Below are positions 1 to 10,277 of a stretch of DNA of 64,000 nt, piece after piece. The notes under the pieces were generated by a model. The model was not told where the DNA came from and ran no database searches. It saw only the letters and a program-made list of their open reading frames with translations. The stretch is from NCBI GenBank assembly GCA_963732385.1, contig CAVSZB010000008.1:403012-467011 (forward strand). Reading direction: 5' to 3'. The DNA is from an uncultured bacterium. GTDB lineage: Bacteria; Krumholzibacteriota; Krumholzibacteriia; LZORAL124-64-63. The translations under genes and the position numbers were made by a program. Within the stretch, counting starts at the first letter, position 1, and the number at the start of each line of letters is the position of its first letter.

Positions 1-484
1 TGTTATAGTTCTGCGCCATCTCGTTGAAGCGGCGTCTCTCCTGCGCGATCCGGTTCTCGGTGCCCTCGAGTTGCGCCTGCAGGTCGAGGAAGTTCTGGTT
101 CGCCTTCAGATCCGGGTACTGCTCCACCACGACCATCAGACGGGCCATCGCGGAACCGAGATTCTGCTGCGCGGCCTGGAATTTCGCCATCAACTGCGGA
201 TCGTTCAGGGTCTCGGGAGTGAGTTGGGCCTGGACCTGGGTCGCCTCTGCGCGCGCCTTGATCACGGCTTCGAATGTCTCGCGCTCGTGCGCGGCGTAGC
301 CCTTCACGGTCTCGACGAGATTGGGGATCAGGTCCGACCGGCGCTGGTAGACGTTCTCCACGTTGCCCCACTGGCCGCTGACCTGCTCCTGCAGCGAGAC
401 CAGGCGGTTGTACTGCCCCGTGAAGCCCATCACGACGAAAGCGATGACAGCCAGAACCACGATCAGGGGAATCAGCTTCCTCAT
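1..484 (-). CDS. lemA: LemA family protein (3' end runs off the window)
   Basis: Manual translation from ATG at 484 (AGGAGG upstream): MRKLIPLIVVLAVIAFVVMGFTGQYNRLVSLQEQVSGQWGNVENVYQRRSDLIPNLVETVKGYAAHERETF, the LemA signature. Missing from the ORF track because it has no stop inside the window. Confidence 0.93.
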   Translation of the reverse strand, partial: MRKLIPLIVVLAVIAFVVMGFTGQYNRLVSLQEQVSGQWGNVENVYQRRSDLIPNLVETVKGYAAHERETFEAVIKARAEATQVQAQLTPETLNDPQLMAKFQAAQQNLGSAMARLMVVVEQYPDLKANQNFLDLQAQLEGTENRIAQERRRFNEMAQNYN

Positions 485-573
485 AATCAATCTGCCTCCT
501 GTGGGTGGATCGCTGCGACCAGGCGGCTCTACACGCGTCCGGCACATCCTATTCGCAGAACGGGGGCGCCGCC

Positions 574-2877
574 TCAGGGTATTACTTCGAGGGAGAAGAT
601 GTCACCCGGCTCGATGGCGTCGACAACGTGCATGCCGCGCACGACCCGGCCGACCGCCGTGTAGCGGCCGGTCAGGTGCGGTTGCGGGGAATGGCAGACG
701 AAGAACTGGCTGCCGCCCGTGTCGAGGCCGGAGTCGGCGATTCCGACCGTGCCGCGGTCGAACTGGGTCCGGTTGCGCTCGGAGCGCAGCGTGAATCCCG
801 GCCCGCCCCAGCCGTCGCCGCGGGGGTCGCCTCCCTGGATGACGAAATCGGGCACGACGCGGTGGAACACCTGGTCGCGATAGAATCCCGCGCGCGTCAG
901 TTGGACCAGCGCGGCGGCGGTGTTCGGGGCGCGGCGGCCGTCGAGCGCGATGATGAAGTCGCCGCGCCCGGTGACGCAGCGGAGGCGAGGAGCCTTGAAC
1001 GGCGCGGCGAGTGGCGGCTGGCCCGCCGCGCGCAACGGGGTCGGCGCGGTGGCGCGCAGGCTCGCCTCGCCGGGGATCCGGGCGGGCGGCAGCAACCCGC
1101 TCGCCACGGCGGCGGCGCGCGCCTGCAGGCGCACGCGGGGGTCGGGAAGATCGAATCCCGCTTCGAGAGTCCGGACCACCAGCGGGCGCAGCGAGTCGGG
1201 CAGCGCCGGGGCGCCCGCAACGGTGCGCGCCGGCGCGGAGGCGGCGTCTCCGCCCGCGGCGGGTTGCAGGGCGCCGGCCCGGGCGGCCGCCTCGAGTCCG
1301 GCGTAGGCGCCGAGGCAAATGTCGTCGGCGCCCTCGCGGTCGCTGCGCAAAGTCGCCAGCAACCTGCACATGGCGTCGATCGCAGCGGGCGATGGAATCC
1401 GGCCCAGCTGCTCGGCGGCTGTCGCGGCGACGGCGAAATCGGCGTCGCCGAGGGCGGATCGCAAAACGGCGAGCGCTTCGTGGCGCAGCGCAGACGCCGC
1501 GACCGGAGGCAGCAACGTCGTCTGGCGCTGCCAGAGGGCGCCGATCGCCTCCAGAGCCGATTCGCGCACGATCAGCGGTCGGCCGGGCGCGGTGGCCGCG
1601 GCCAGGGCAGCGAGGGCGCCGGCATCGCCGCCCCGCCCGAGTCCCTGCGCGGCTGCCGCGACCACCTGTGGCGGGCTGGTCCCGTAGCCGGTCAGTACAG
1701 CGGTCAGTTCGCCCGTGGCCGCCGCGCCACGGAGTGCGCCCCGCGCCAGCAGGGCCGCCGCCCGGATCGGTGCGTCGGCATCACCGGTGCGCGCCAGCGC
1801 GGCGCGGGCCAGACGCAGGCGCCACACCGGCAGCAGACTCTCCCGGGTCGCGGCAGCGATCGGCAATTCCATCCGCTCGACCAGGGCCGCCATCGCCTCG
1901 AGCGCGGTGCGGGCGACCTGCGGGTCGTGGTCGCGGCTGCCGTCGGTCAGCTGGGAGGCCAGTCGTACGAAGTTCGGTTCGAGCGCGTCGGAGGCAGCTG
2001 CCGCGGCCAGCGCGTGGCCGCAACGTCCCAGCGCCCGCAGTTGCGCCACGCGCACGCGCGTGCGCGTGGCCGCCGGCAGGGTCAGCTCCTCCTCGCCGCT
2101 GTCGAGGATGGCTGCCAGCGCCGCCGGTGTCCCCTGGGCGCCGAGCGCGCGCAGCCCGTGCACGCGCACCTGCGGATCCCGGGCGCGCGCGTGACGCGCC
2201 ACGGCCGCGGCCAGCCCCGAATCGGGTGCGGCCTTCTCGGCGCAGCGCAGGACGCGCCACAGCACGGGGAGTTCGCGGCGCGACAGCCCTTCCCGCAGCG
2301 CGAAACGCAGCGTGTCGGGCGCGAGCTCGGCGGCCCGCTCGCGCAGGCCGTCCCAGGCCGCGGCGGCCTCGTCGACGTTGGCCCGCAGCGCCGGACCGAG
2401 CAGCGGCAGGCCGCCGCCCGGGAGGCGGCCCAGCGCCTCGACGGTGGCCAGGCGCAGCGCGCGGTTGCGCGTGGCAAGGAGCCGGGTCAACGGACCGACG
2501 CCCTGCGGACTGCCGGTGAAGCCGAGCGCCGCGGCTGCCTCGACGCGCACCGTGGCGCTGCGATCATCGAGGGCCCTGACCAGGCCGGTCACCGCGTCGT
2601 CCTGTCCGATGAGGCCGGCGGCCCGGGTCGAGGCCAGACGCACGTGCGCGTCGGGCGACACCAGGCAGCGGGCCAGCGAGTCGGCGTCGGCCAGCCGGCG
2701 GTCCTCCCAGCGGGCGATCGCCTGCAGGGCGGGGGCGCGGTCGGGGGGCGCGGAACAGCCCGTCGAAACGACGGCCGCCAGGCCGGAAACCGTCAGCGCT
2801 ACCGCGCGCCACCCGGCGCCGCAGGCCGGCGCACGACGCGGTGGACAGGGTGGTGCGGGCGGGATGGGCAGGGGCAT
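574..2877 (-). CDS. HEAT-repeat protein with C-terminal cyclophilin-type peptidyl-prolyl isomerase, probable lipoprotein
   Basis: Lipobox-like VSTGC. Ala/Leu-rich HEAT-like repeats (VRxxAAxALG). C-terminal FHRVVPDFVIQGGDP...GGPG...DTGGSQFF...PHLTGRYT cyclophilin motifs. Confidence 0.85.
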   Translation of the reverse strand: MPLPIPPAPPCPPRRAPACGAGWRAVALTVSGLAAVVSTGCSAPPDRAPALQAIARWEDRRLADADSLARCLVSPDAHVRLASTRAAGLIGQDDAVTGLVRALDDRSATVRVEAAAALGFTGSPQGVGPLTRLLATRNRALRLATVEALGRLPGGGLPLLGPALRANVDEAAAAWDGLRERAAELAPDTLRFALREGLSRRELPVLWRVLRCAEKAAPDSGLAAAVARHARARDPQVRVHGLRALGAQGTPAALAAILDSGEEELTLPAATRTRVRVAQLRALGRCGHALAAAAASDALEPNFVRLASQLTDGSRDHDPQVARTALEAMAALVERMELPIAAATRESLLPVWRLRLARAALARTGDADAPIRAAALLARGALRGAAATGELTAVLTGYGTSPPQVVAAAAQGLGRGGDAGALAALAAATAPGRPLIVRESALEAIGALWQRQTTLLPPVAASALRHEALAVLRSALGDADFAVAATAAEQLGRIPSPAAIDAMCRLLATLRSDREGADDICLGAYAGLEAAARAGALQPAAGGDAASAPARTVAGAPALPDSLRPLVVRTLEAGFDLPDPRVRLQARAAAVASGLLPPARIPGEASLRATAPTPLRAAGQPPLAAPFKAPRLRCVTGRGDFIIALDGRRAPNTAAALVQLTRAGFYRDQVFHRVVPDFVIQGGDPRGDGWGGPGFTLRSERNRTQFDRGTVGIADSGLDTGGSQFFVCHSPQPHLTGRYTAVGRVVRGMHVVDAIEPGDIFSLEVIP

Positions 2878-3027
2878 GACTTTCCTCCGTGGACAGCGGG
2901 CGTCGGCGGCGCGACGTTACCACCGGTCGCGGCGACTGTCCATGTCGGGGAGGCCGCTTTGACCGCCCGGAGCCGGTTTGTTACCATGCCTGCGCGTCGG
3001 ACGATCCGGCGCGGACAGGGGAGGGGC

Positions 3028-4092
3028 ATGCGCACCGCGATTCTCGGCGCGACCGGTCTGGTCGGACGCGTCATGCTGCGACTGCTGGAGGCGCGGGCGT
3101 GGGTCGATGACCCGCCGCTGCTGCTGGCCAGCGCACGGTCGGCCGGAGCGGAACTGCCTTTCCGCGGCGGGCGCCTCGTCGTGCGCAACGCGGCTGCGGC
3201 CGACCTGGAGGGGATCCGCCTGGCGCTGTTCTCCGCCGGCGGCGCCGTGAGCCGGGAGTACGCGCCCCGCTTCGCGGCCGTCGGCGCCTGGGTCGTGGAC
3301 AACTCCTCGGCGTACCGGATGGACGCGGCCGTGCCGCTCGTGGTGCCGGAGGTCAACCCGGGGCTGGTGCCCCGTCTGGACCTTGACGCGCCGGAACGGG
3401 GCGGCATCATCGCCAACCCCAACTGCTCCACCATCCAGGTCGCCGTGCCGCTGGCGGCGTTGCATGCGGCGGGTGGCCTGCGCGAGGTGCAGGTGACGAC
3501 CCTGCAGGCGGTCTCGGGCGCAGGCCGGCTGGCGGTGGAAGAGCTCGCGCGACAGCTGCCGGGACAGCTGACGCGGGCCGCGCGCCTGACGGCCGGCGAT
3601 CTGTTCGATGACGCGGACCCGGGCGCCGGCGCAGTGCTGCCGCGCCGGATCGCCGGGAACGTGGTGCCGCGGATCGGGGCCGCGCTGCCCGACGGCTCGT
3701 TCGAGGAGGAGGCCAAGGTCGTGCGGGAACTGCGCAGGATCCTCGACCTGCCGGCACTGGCCGTCAGCTGCACCGCCACGCGCGTGCCGGTGTGGAACGG
3801 CCACAGCGCCGCGGTGCGCGTCGTGCTGGCGCGCCCGCTGACGCTCGAGGCGGCGCGCCGCGCGATGGTCGCCGCCGGTGGCGTCGAGGTCGACCCCTCG
3901 CCGCACGGCTACACGACGCCGGCGGAAGCGAGCGGCGACGGGGCGATCCGGGTCGGACGGCTGCGCCACGATCCCGATCGCGCCGAGGCGCTGCTGTTCT
4001 GGGTCGTGGCCGACAATCTGCTCAAGGGGGCGGCGCTCAACGCCGTCCAGATCGCGGACCTGCTCGCGGGCGCGCCGGCGCCGGCGCGGTGA
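3028..4092 (+). CDS. asd: Aspartate-semialdehyde dehydrogenase
   Basis: GATGLVG Rossmann motif, DNSSAYRM, IIANPNCST catalytic Cys, DNLLKGAALNAVQI. ATG at 3028 after GGAGGGG; the 505 start in the ORF track is spurious. Confidence 0.95.
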   Translation: MRTAILGATGLVGRVMLRLLEARAWVDDPPLLLASARSAGAELPFRGGRLVVRNAAAADLEGIRLALFSAGGAVSREYAPRFAAVGAWVVDNSSAYRMDAAVPLVVPEVNPGLVPRLDLDAPERGGIIANPNCSTIQVAVPLAALHAAGGLREVQVTTLQAVSGAGRLAVEELARQLPGQLTRAARLTAGDLFDDADPGAGAVLPRRIAGNVVPRIGAALPDGSFEEEAKVVRELRRILDLPALAVSCTATRVPVWNGHSAAVRVVLARPLTLEAARRAMVAAGGVEVDPSPHGYTTPAEASGDGAIRVGRLRHDPDRAEALLFWVVADNLLKGAALNAVQIADLLAGAPAPAR

Positions 4093-4862
4093 TTCCGGCC
4101 GTGGTCGCGGCGCCGGACCGGACCTGGTGGCTGGCCAGGCTCCACCCCGCCACGCGTCTGGCCGCTCTCCCGCTCGCGGTGATCACCTGCCTGGCGGCGC
4201 CGGCCTGGCTGCTGCCGCTGTTGCTGCCGCTGGTCGTCGTCGCGCTGCGGCGCGGCGGCCTGCCGTGGGGCGCGCAGTGGCGGGCTCTGGTTCCCTGGTG
4301 GCCGGTCGCCGGGCTCGTGATTGCGATCCACGTCTTCACCACCGTGTCGGCGGCGCCGCCGGGCCACCCCTCGTGGACCGGAGCGGGGCGCGGCGTGGCC
4401 GCCGTGGCGCGCGTGATCGCGTCGCTGCTCTGCCTGCGGCTCTTCGCGCGTGTCCTGGCCCTGGGCGATCTGGTGGCGGCGCTGGCGTGGTGGGGCCTCG
4501 GCCGTTTCGGCGATCGGGGCGTCGTCACGCGGCTGGGGGTCGTGCTCGCGGTGGCCGCGGGCGCCGCTCCGGCGGTGGTGACCGAAGGACGAAGGGTCAC
4601 GGCCGCCCTGCGTCTGCGCCAGGGTCGACCGGCGACGGGCGGTCCCGCGCGGCGGTGGTGGCGGCGCGCGGTGGAGACGACCCGCCTGCCGCTGCCGCTG
4701 ATCGAGGGGCTGTTCAGGCGGGCCGAGGCGCTTACGCTGTCGCTGCGCGGACGGTTGCCGCACCCGGCTCAGCTCGGGCCGCCTCCCTGGCGCCAGCTCG
4801 CCGTGCTGGCGGTCTGGCTGGGCGCGCTGGTGGCGCTGGCGTTCTGGCGGGGGAGGCTGTAG
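4089..4862 (+). CDS. EcfT/CbiQ-like transmembrane protein (divergent)
   Basis: GTGA overlap with asd stop. LARLHPATRL N-terminus, several hydrophobic helices, ALRLRQG and RAEALTLSLRGR resembling EcfT coupling helices. Confidence 0.6.
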   Translation: MIPAVVAAPDRTWWLARLHPATRLAALPLAVITCLAAPAWLLPLLLPLVVVALRRGGLPWGAQWRALVPWWPVAGLVIAIHVFTTVSAAPPGHPSWTGAGRGVAAVARVIASLLCLRLFARVLALGDLVAALAWWGLGRFGDRGVVTRLGVVLAVAAGAAPAVVTEGRRVTAALRLRQGRPATGGPARRWWRRAVETTRLPLPLIEGLFRRAEALTLSLRGRLPHPAQLGPPPWRQLAVLAVWLGALVALAFWRGRL

Positions 4863-5737
4863 TGGACGGTGAGGTTTCCGGCGGATTTCCGCGGTCTGAC
4901 GCCGGCGAGCCTCCGGGCGGGTGCCGCGTGCGTCTCGACCTGGCCTACGATGGCGCCGGGTTCCACGGCTGGCAGGTCCAGCCGGGACTGCGCACGGTGC
5001 AGGGGGAACTTGCCGTCATGCTCGCGCGGTTGCTGCGGCGCGAAATCGTGCCGGTCGGGGCCGGCCGCACCGACGCCGGCGTCCACGCCCGGGGGCAGGT
5101 CTGCAGCTTCCCGGTCCGCGACGACCGCGAATTCGCGCGCCTGCGGGAGCATCTGGCCCGCATCGCGCCGCCCGACCTGCAACTGCTCACCGTGCGCGCG
5201 GTCTCGCCCCTGTTCAGCGCCCGCTTCAGCGCCACGGCGCGTCGCTACAGCTATCACCTGCTGCTGCGCCCCGACATTTTTCGCGCGCGCTTCGCGGTCT
5301 TCGTGCCGGGCCGGCTCGACCGCGCCGCGATGGACGCCGCCGCGGCGCATTTTTCGGGAACCCGCGACTTCACCAGTTTTTGCAAACGGCAGTCGCTGCG
5401 TCCGGAGGGGGAAAACATCTGCACCGTGGATCGCTGCGGCTTTGAATGGACGGAGGATTCCGCTATCCTTCAGGTGCGAGCGGACCACTTCCTGCACAAT
5501 ATGGTGCGCGCCATCACCGGCACGCTGGTCGAGGTGGGTCTGGGGCGGCGCCGTCCGGACGACGTGCCGCTGATCCTGGCCGCCCGTGACCGCGCCCGCG
5601 CGGGTCGGACGATGCCGGCGCACGGCCTGTTCCTGGACGAAGTGAGTTACCCGGCGGCTTTGCTCGACCCCCATCACGCAAGCACGACCGCGTCGGACGG
5701 GGCTGATCGCCCGCCGGCGCGGGAGGAGGGATCATGA
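4862..5737 (+). CDS. truA: tRNA pseudouridine(38-40) synthase
   Basis: [40 protein letters not shown] motifs. Start codon approximate. Confidence 0.93.
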   Translation: MDGEVSGGFPRSDAGEPPGGCRVRLDLAYDGAGFHGWQVQPGLRTVQGELAVMLARLLRREIVPVGAGRTDAGVHARGQVCSFPVRDDREFARLREHLARIAPPDLQLLTVRAVSPLFSARFSATARRYSYHLLLRPDIFRARFAVFVPGRLDRAAMDAAAAHFSGTRDFTSFCKRQSLRPEGENICTVDRCGFEWTEDSAILQVRADHFLHNMVRAITGTLVEVGLGRRRPDDVPLILAARDRARAGRTMPAHGLFLDEVSYPAALLDPHHASTTASDGADRPPAREEGS

Positions 5738-6387
5738 AATTCTTCATCGACACGGCGAATCTGGACGCGATCCGCGAGGCGAAGGCGATGGGGGTGCTCG
5801 ACGGCGTCACCACGAATCCCAGTCTCATGGCCGCGGAAGGACGTCGCGACACCGATGCTCTGCTCAGGGAGATCTGTGAACTGGTGCAGGGGCCGGTCAG
5901 CGGCGAGGTCGTGGCCACGGACGCCGCCGGCATGATTGCCGAGGGACGGCGGCTGGCGAAGCTGAGCAAGCATCTCGTCGTGAAGGTCCCGATCACGGTC
6001 GATGGCCTGCGTGCGGTGAGCGCTTTGGCCGCTGACGGCATCGCGGTCAACGCCACGCTCTGCTTTTCCGCCTCGCAGGCGTTGCTGGTGGCGAAGGCGG
6101 GCGCCGCGTATGTGTCGCCGTTCGTCGGGCGTCTCGATGATGTCAGCGAGGACGGCCTGGCGCTGATCGAGGATATCGTCACGATCTACGCCAACTACGA
6201 CTTCGCCACCGAGGTGATCGTGGCGAGCATCCGCCATCCGCGGCACGTGGTCGAAGCGGCGTTGCTCGGCGCGCACGTGGCGACCATCCCGCCGAAGGTG
6301 ATCCGCCAGCTGTTGTCCCATCCGCTGACCGACCGCGGACTCGACACCTTCCTGGCCGACTGGCGCAAGCTTCAGGGAGAGAAATGA
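5734..6387 (+). CDS. tal: Transaldolase / fructose-6-phosphate aldolase (TalC/MipB type)
   Basis: [44 protein letters not shown]. Confidence 0.92.
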   Translation: MKFFIDTANLDAIREAKAMGVLDGVTTNPSLMAAEGRRDTDALLREICELVQGPVSGEVVATDAAGMIAEGRRLAKLSKHLVVKVPITVDGLRAVSALAADGIAVNATLCFSASQALLVAKAGAAYVSPFVGRLDDVSEDGLALIEDIVTIYANYDFATEVIVASIRHPRHVVEAALLGAHVATIPPKVIRQLLSHPLTDRGLDTFLADWRKLQGEK

Positions 6388-7637
6388 TGAACGGACGGAG
6401 GGTGCCGGTCTGGACCGGGATCGTCATCGGCCTGCTCTTCGGCCTGCTCGTGGGGGCGGGCTGGCTGTTCGTGCGGGAGCGCACCTTCCAGCCGACGGTC
6501 GTCCCGGCGCAGGATCGGGTGTCGTCTCCGGCGAACGACAGCACCGGCGGGGGGGGCGCGACGCCGGCGCCACCGGTCGTGGCGTCGACGCCCCGCGAGG
6601 ATCTCGGGTCCGACCGCCGCAACGCTGTCGTGCGCGCCACCGAGGGGGTGGCGCCGGCGGTGGTCAGCATCAACGTGATCGCGTACCAGACGTACCGGCA
6701 GAGCACGGCGCCTCCCGGCTACGAATTCTGGGATCGCTTCTATCCGGGCCTGTTCCCGAGCCAGGTCGTGCGGCGGCCGGTCCAGGCGCTCGGTTCGGGG
6801 TTCATCGTCTCGTCCGACGGCTACGTGATCACCAATAACCACGTGGTGGAAGGGGCGGACGAGCTGGTCGCCACGCTCTCGGACGGTCGCCAGTTCAAGG
6901 CCCGGGTGCTCGAGACGGTGCCCAACTACGATCTCGCGCTCGTGAAGATCGAGGGCGAGAACCTGCCGGTGGCGCGGCTGGCCGCATCCCGGCGCCTGTA
7001 CATCGGCGAGTGGGCGATCGCGATCGGTTCGCCGTTCGGCTATCTGCTGGCCGACACCCAGCCCACCGTCACGGTCGGCGTGATCAGTGCGCTCAACCGC
7101 GACATCAAGCGCACCGAGGGCGAACAGCGCAACTTCCTCGGCATGATCCAGACCGACGCCGCGATCAACCCCGGCAACAGCGGCGGTCCGCTCGTCAACG
7201 CCGCCGGCGAAGTCGTCGGCATCAACACGTTCATCTTCTCGCGCAGTGGCGGGAGCGAAGGGATCGGCTTCGCCATTCCGATCGAACGGGCCAACTGGCT
7301 GATCCGCGAGGTGCGCGAGTACGGTCGTTTCCGCCAGCCGTGGTACGGGTTGGGGGTGCAGAAGCTCTCCCCGAACCTCATGCGCTCGCTCAATCTGCAG
7401 GATCCGGTCGGTTTCCTCGTGCAGAACGTGGAGGCCGGCTCGCCGGCGGAGCGGGCGGGGCTGCGGCCGGGCGACATCCTCCGGGCGATCAACGGCGTGT
7501 CGCTCAAGGATCTCGACACGGTCGGACGCCTGATCTACGAGGCGCGGGTCGGCGATCGTCTCGCCTACCGCGCGGAACGCGACGGGCAGCGCCTGGACGG
7601 GACCATCACCCTCGAGGAGACGCGGCGCGGGCGCTGA
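6384..7637 (+). CDS. HtrA/DegP-family trypsin-like serine protease with one PDZ domain
   Basis: N-terminal TM helix; [33 protein letters not shown]-terminal PDZ ([13 protein letters not shown]). Confidence 0.92.
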   Translation: MMNGRRVPVWTGIVIGLLFGLLVGAGWLFVRERTFQPTVVPAQDRVSSPANDSTGGGGATPAPPVVASTPREDLGSDRRNAVVRATEGVAPAVVSINVIAYQTYRQSTAPPGYEFWDRFYPGLFPSQVVRRPVQALGSGFIVSSDGYVITNNHVVEGADELVATLSDGRQFKARVLETVPNYDLALVKIEGENLPVARLAASRRLYIGEWAIAIGSPFGYLLADTQPTVTVGVISALNRDIKRTEGEQRNFLGMIQTDAAINPGNSGGPLVNAAGEVVGINTFIFSRSGGSEGIGFAIPIERANWLIREVREYGRFRQPWYGLGVQKLSPNLMRSLNLQDPVGFLVQNVEAGSPAERAGLRPGDILRAINGVSLKDLDTVGRLIYEARVGDRLAYRAERDGQRLDGTITLEETRRGR

Positions 7638-7760
7638 ACGGCGGCTGCCGCGGCCAGAGCCGGCCGGTTGTCGGCGGGGCGGAAATGCGGTAGAATGAAG
7701 GCGGGCTTTCTTCGCCCTGCACCCGCTATTCGAGCATCAGCCGCCGAGGAAGGTCCATAG

Positions 7761-10277
7761 ATGCCCCTGCCGCCTGGTTTCGCGAGCCGTCCGGCGGGAG
7801 TATCCGGCGGTGTGCTTCTGGCTCTGCTGGCCCTGTCGGTGATCTCTGCCGCGGCGCCGGCGTTGGCCGCGCCGGCGTCGATCGACGCTTTGCCGGCCGC
7901 CCTGACCCACACCCTGCGCCCGCTTTCGGGGGTGCCGCGGCATGAGGCGCCGACGCCCGATCTGCCGGCCCTCGCGGCCGACGACGCGCGGCGCGAGCGC
8001 GACGGGCTGCCGCCCCGGTTCGCAGTGCCGTCGGCGACGGCGCTCACGCCCGACAACGCCGGCGTCTGGGAGCCGCTCGATGCCCAGCATCAGTTGTGGC
8101 GTCTGCGGATCGCCGCCCCCGGCGCCGTATCTCTGAACCTCGGTTTCACGCAGTTCCGTCTCCCCCGGGGGGGGCGTCTCTGCCTCTACCCGGCGTCCGA
8201 TCCCGCCGGTGCCGTGATTTTTACCGACGCCGACAACGAAGAGCACGGCCAGCTCTGGACGCCGGTCGTTGCGGGCGACGATCTCGTGGTGGAATTGACG
8301 CTTCACGCCACCACGCTCGCCGACTACAGGCTCGAAATCGGTTCCGTGAACGTCGGCTATCGCGACTTCGGTCGGATCGCGCCGGACAAATCCGGCACCT
8401 GCAACATCGACGTGGTCTGCCCCGAGGGCGATCCGTGGCGGGACGAGATCCAGTCGGTGGGGGTCATCTCTACCGGCGGCTCCACCTTCTGCACCGGCTT
8501 CATGGTCAACAACACGGCGCAGGACGCGAAGCCGTACTTCATGACCGCGAACCACTGCGGCGTCACCGCGCTCAACGCGCCGTCGCTGGTCGTGTACTGG
8601 AACTTCCAGAGCCCGACCTGCGGCCTGCAGGGGGGCGGTTCGCTGGCCAGTTTCCAGACCGGCTCGTTCTTCCGCGCCACCTACGCCACCTCCGACTTCA
8701 CGCTCGTCGAGCTGGACGACGCGCCCGCGCCGGCGTGGAACGTCACCTTCGCCGGCTGGGACCGGACGGCGGTCAATCCGACGCGGGGCACCGCCATCCA
8801 CCATCCGAACACCGACGAGAAGAGCATCAGTTTCGAGAACGACCCGCTGCAGACGACCACCTACCTCAGCACCGTCAGCCCCGGCGATGGCTCGCACCTG
8901 CGCGTGGTGGACTGGGATCTGGGCACGACGGAACCGGGTTCCTCCGGCTCCCCGCTCTTCGACCAGAACCACCACGTCGTCGGACAACTCCATGGCGGCT
9001 TTGCCGCGTGCGGCAACAACGAGTCCGACTGGTACGGCTGCTTCGCCGTCTCCTGGGCCGGCGCGGGCGCCGACACAGCGCGCCTGAGCAACTGGCTCGA
9101 CCCGCTCAGCACCGACCAGAAGACGCTCGGTCTGTATGCGCCTTACGCGGTCGGCCTGCGGGTCCTGCCGGGCGACGGTCTGGCTTCGGCGGGTCCGCTG
9201 GGGGGGCCGTTCACGCCCGACTCGCTGGTCTACACCCTGACCAATCCCGGCACTGCCGATCTTGTCTGGCGGGCGAGCCATGGCGCCGGCTGGGCCACCG
9301 TCAGCCCCGACAACGGAATCATCCCGGTCGCCGGCGCGGTGTCGGTGACCGTGGCGCTGAACGCCTTCGCCGAGTTGCTGCCCGCGGGGGTCTGGGCCGA
9401 CACGGTCAGCTTCGTCAACGAAACCGACCACCTCGGAGACCAGCAGCGGTCGGTGTCGATCCAGGTCGGCAGTCCCACGCTGGTCTACGACTGGCCGCTC
9501 GACACCAACCCCGGCTGGACGATGGAGGGGCAGTGGGCCTTCGGCGTTCCCCTGGGCGTGGCCGGCTCCTACGGTCCTCCCGACCCGACGTCGGGTCACA
9601 CCGGTACGAACGTGCTCGGTTACAATCTGGCCGGCACCTACGCCAGCGATCTGCCCGAGACGCACCTGACGAGCCCGGGGCTCGACTGCAGCGGGATGCG
9701 CTCGGTCATCCTGCGCTACTGGCGCTGGCTCGGGGTGGAGCAGCCGGCGTATGATCACGCCTCGTTGCGCGCGAGCGCCGACGGCGTGAACTGGACGACC
9801 GTCTGGGAGAACGGCAGCCAGATCGCCGACAGCGGCTGGGTGCTGCAGGAGTTCGACATCTCTGCGGTGGCGGCGCGTCAGCCGGCCGTGCGGCTGCGGT
9901 GGACCATGGGCGCCACCGACAGCGATTGGGACTACTGCGGCTGGAACCTCGACGACATCTCGGTCTGGGGCTTCCCGCTCGATCCTGACGATCCTCCGGC
10001 GCGCACGGCGCTCCTGGACAATATCCCCAACCCGTTCAACCTGCTGACCGAGGTGGTTTTCGATCTGGCCCGGTCCGGCCCGGTCCGCCTGACGGTGCAC
10101 GATGTGCGCGGGCGGCTCGTGCGCGTGCTGCGGGACGGCTCGCTGGAGGCCGGTCGCCATACGGAACGTTGGGACGGTCGCGACGCCGCCGGTCGCGAGG
10201 TCGCCAGCGGAACCTATCTGCTGCGGCTCGAGACCGCCGACACCCGGGATGAGCGCAAGCTGGCGCGCGTGCGCTGA
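7761..10277 (+). CDS. Secreted lysyl-endopeptidase-like (S1) serine protease with C-terminal FlgD-Ig domain, copy 1
   Basis: Signal peptide and propeptide; TANHC (His), SDFTL (Asp), TEPGSSGSP (Ser), GQLHGG; C-terminal NIPNPFN...WDGRD...VASGTY. Confidence 0.85.
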   Translation: MPLPPGFASRPAGVSGGVLLALLALSVISAAAPALAAPASIDALPAALTHTLRPLSGVPRHEAPTPDLPALAADDARRERDGLPPRFAVPSATALTPDNAGVWEPLDAQHQLWRLRIAAPGAVSLNLGFTQFRLPRGGRLCLYPASDPAGAVIFTDADNEEHGQLWTPVVAGDDLVVELTLHATTLADYRLEIGSVNVGYRDFGRIAPDKSGTCNIDVVCPEGDPWRDEIQSVGVISTGGSTFCTGFMVNNTAQDAKPYFMTANHCGVTALNAPSLVVYWNFQSPTCGLQGGGSLASFQTGSFFRATYATSDFTLVELDDAPAPAWNVTFAGWDRTAVNPTRGTAIHHPNTDEKSISFENDPLQTTTYLSTVSPGDGSHLRVVDWDLGTTEPGSSGSPLFDQNHHVVGQLHGGFAACGNNESDWYGCFAVSWAGAGADTARLSNWLDPLSTDQKTLGLYAPYAVGLRVLPGDGLASAGPLGGPFTPDSLVYTLTNPGTADLVWRASHGAGWATVSPDNGIIPVAGAVSVTVALNAFAELLPAGVWADTVSFVNETDHLGDQQRSVSIQVGSPTLVYDWPLDTNPGWTMEGQWAFGVPLGVAGSYGPPDPTSGHTGTNVLGYNLAGTYASDLPETHLTSPGLDCSGMRSVILRYWRWLGVEQPAYDHASLRASADGVNWTTVWENGSQIADSGWVLQEFDISAVAARQPAVRLRWTMGATDSDWDYCGWNLDDISVWGFPLDPDDPPARTALLDNIPNPFNLLTEVVFDLARSGPVRLTVHDVRGRLVRVLRDGSLEAGRHTERWDGRDAAGREVASGTYLLRLETADTRDERKLARVR

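Noticed and set aside
505..3027. Long N-terminal extension of the 1195-aa ORF containing asd
   Set aside because: It is the antisense shadow of the HEAT-cyclophilin gene; asd homology and an RBS begin at 3028.
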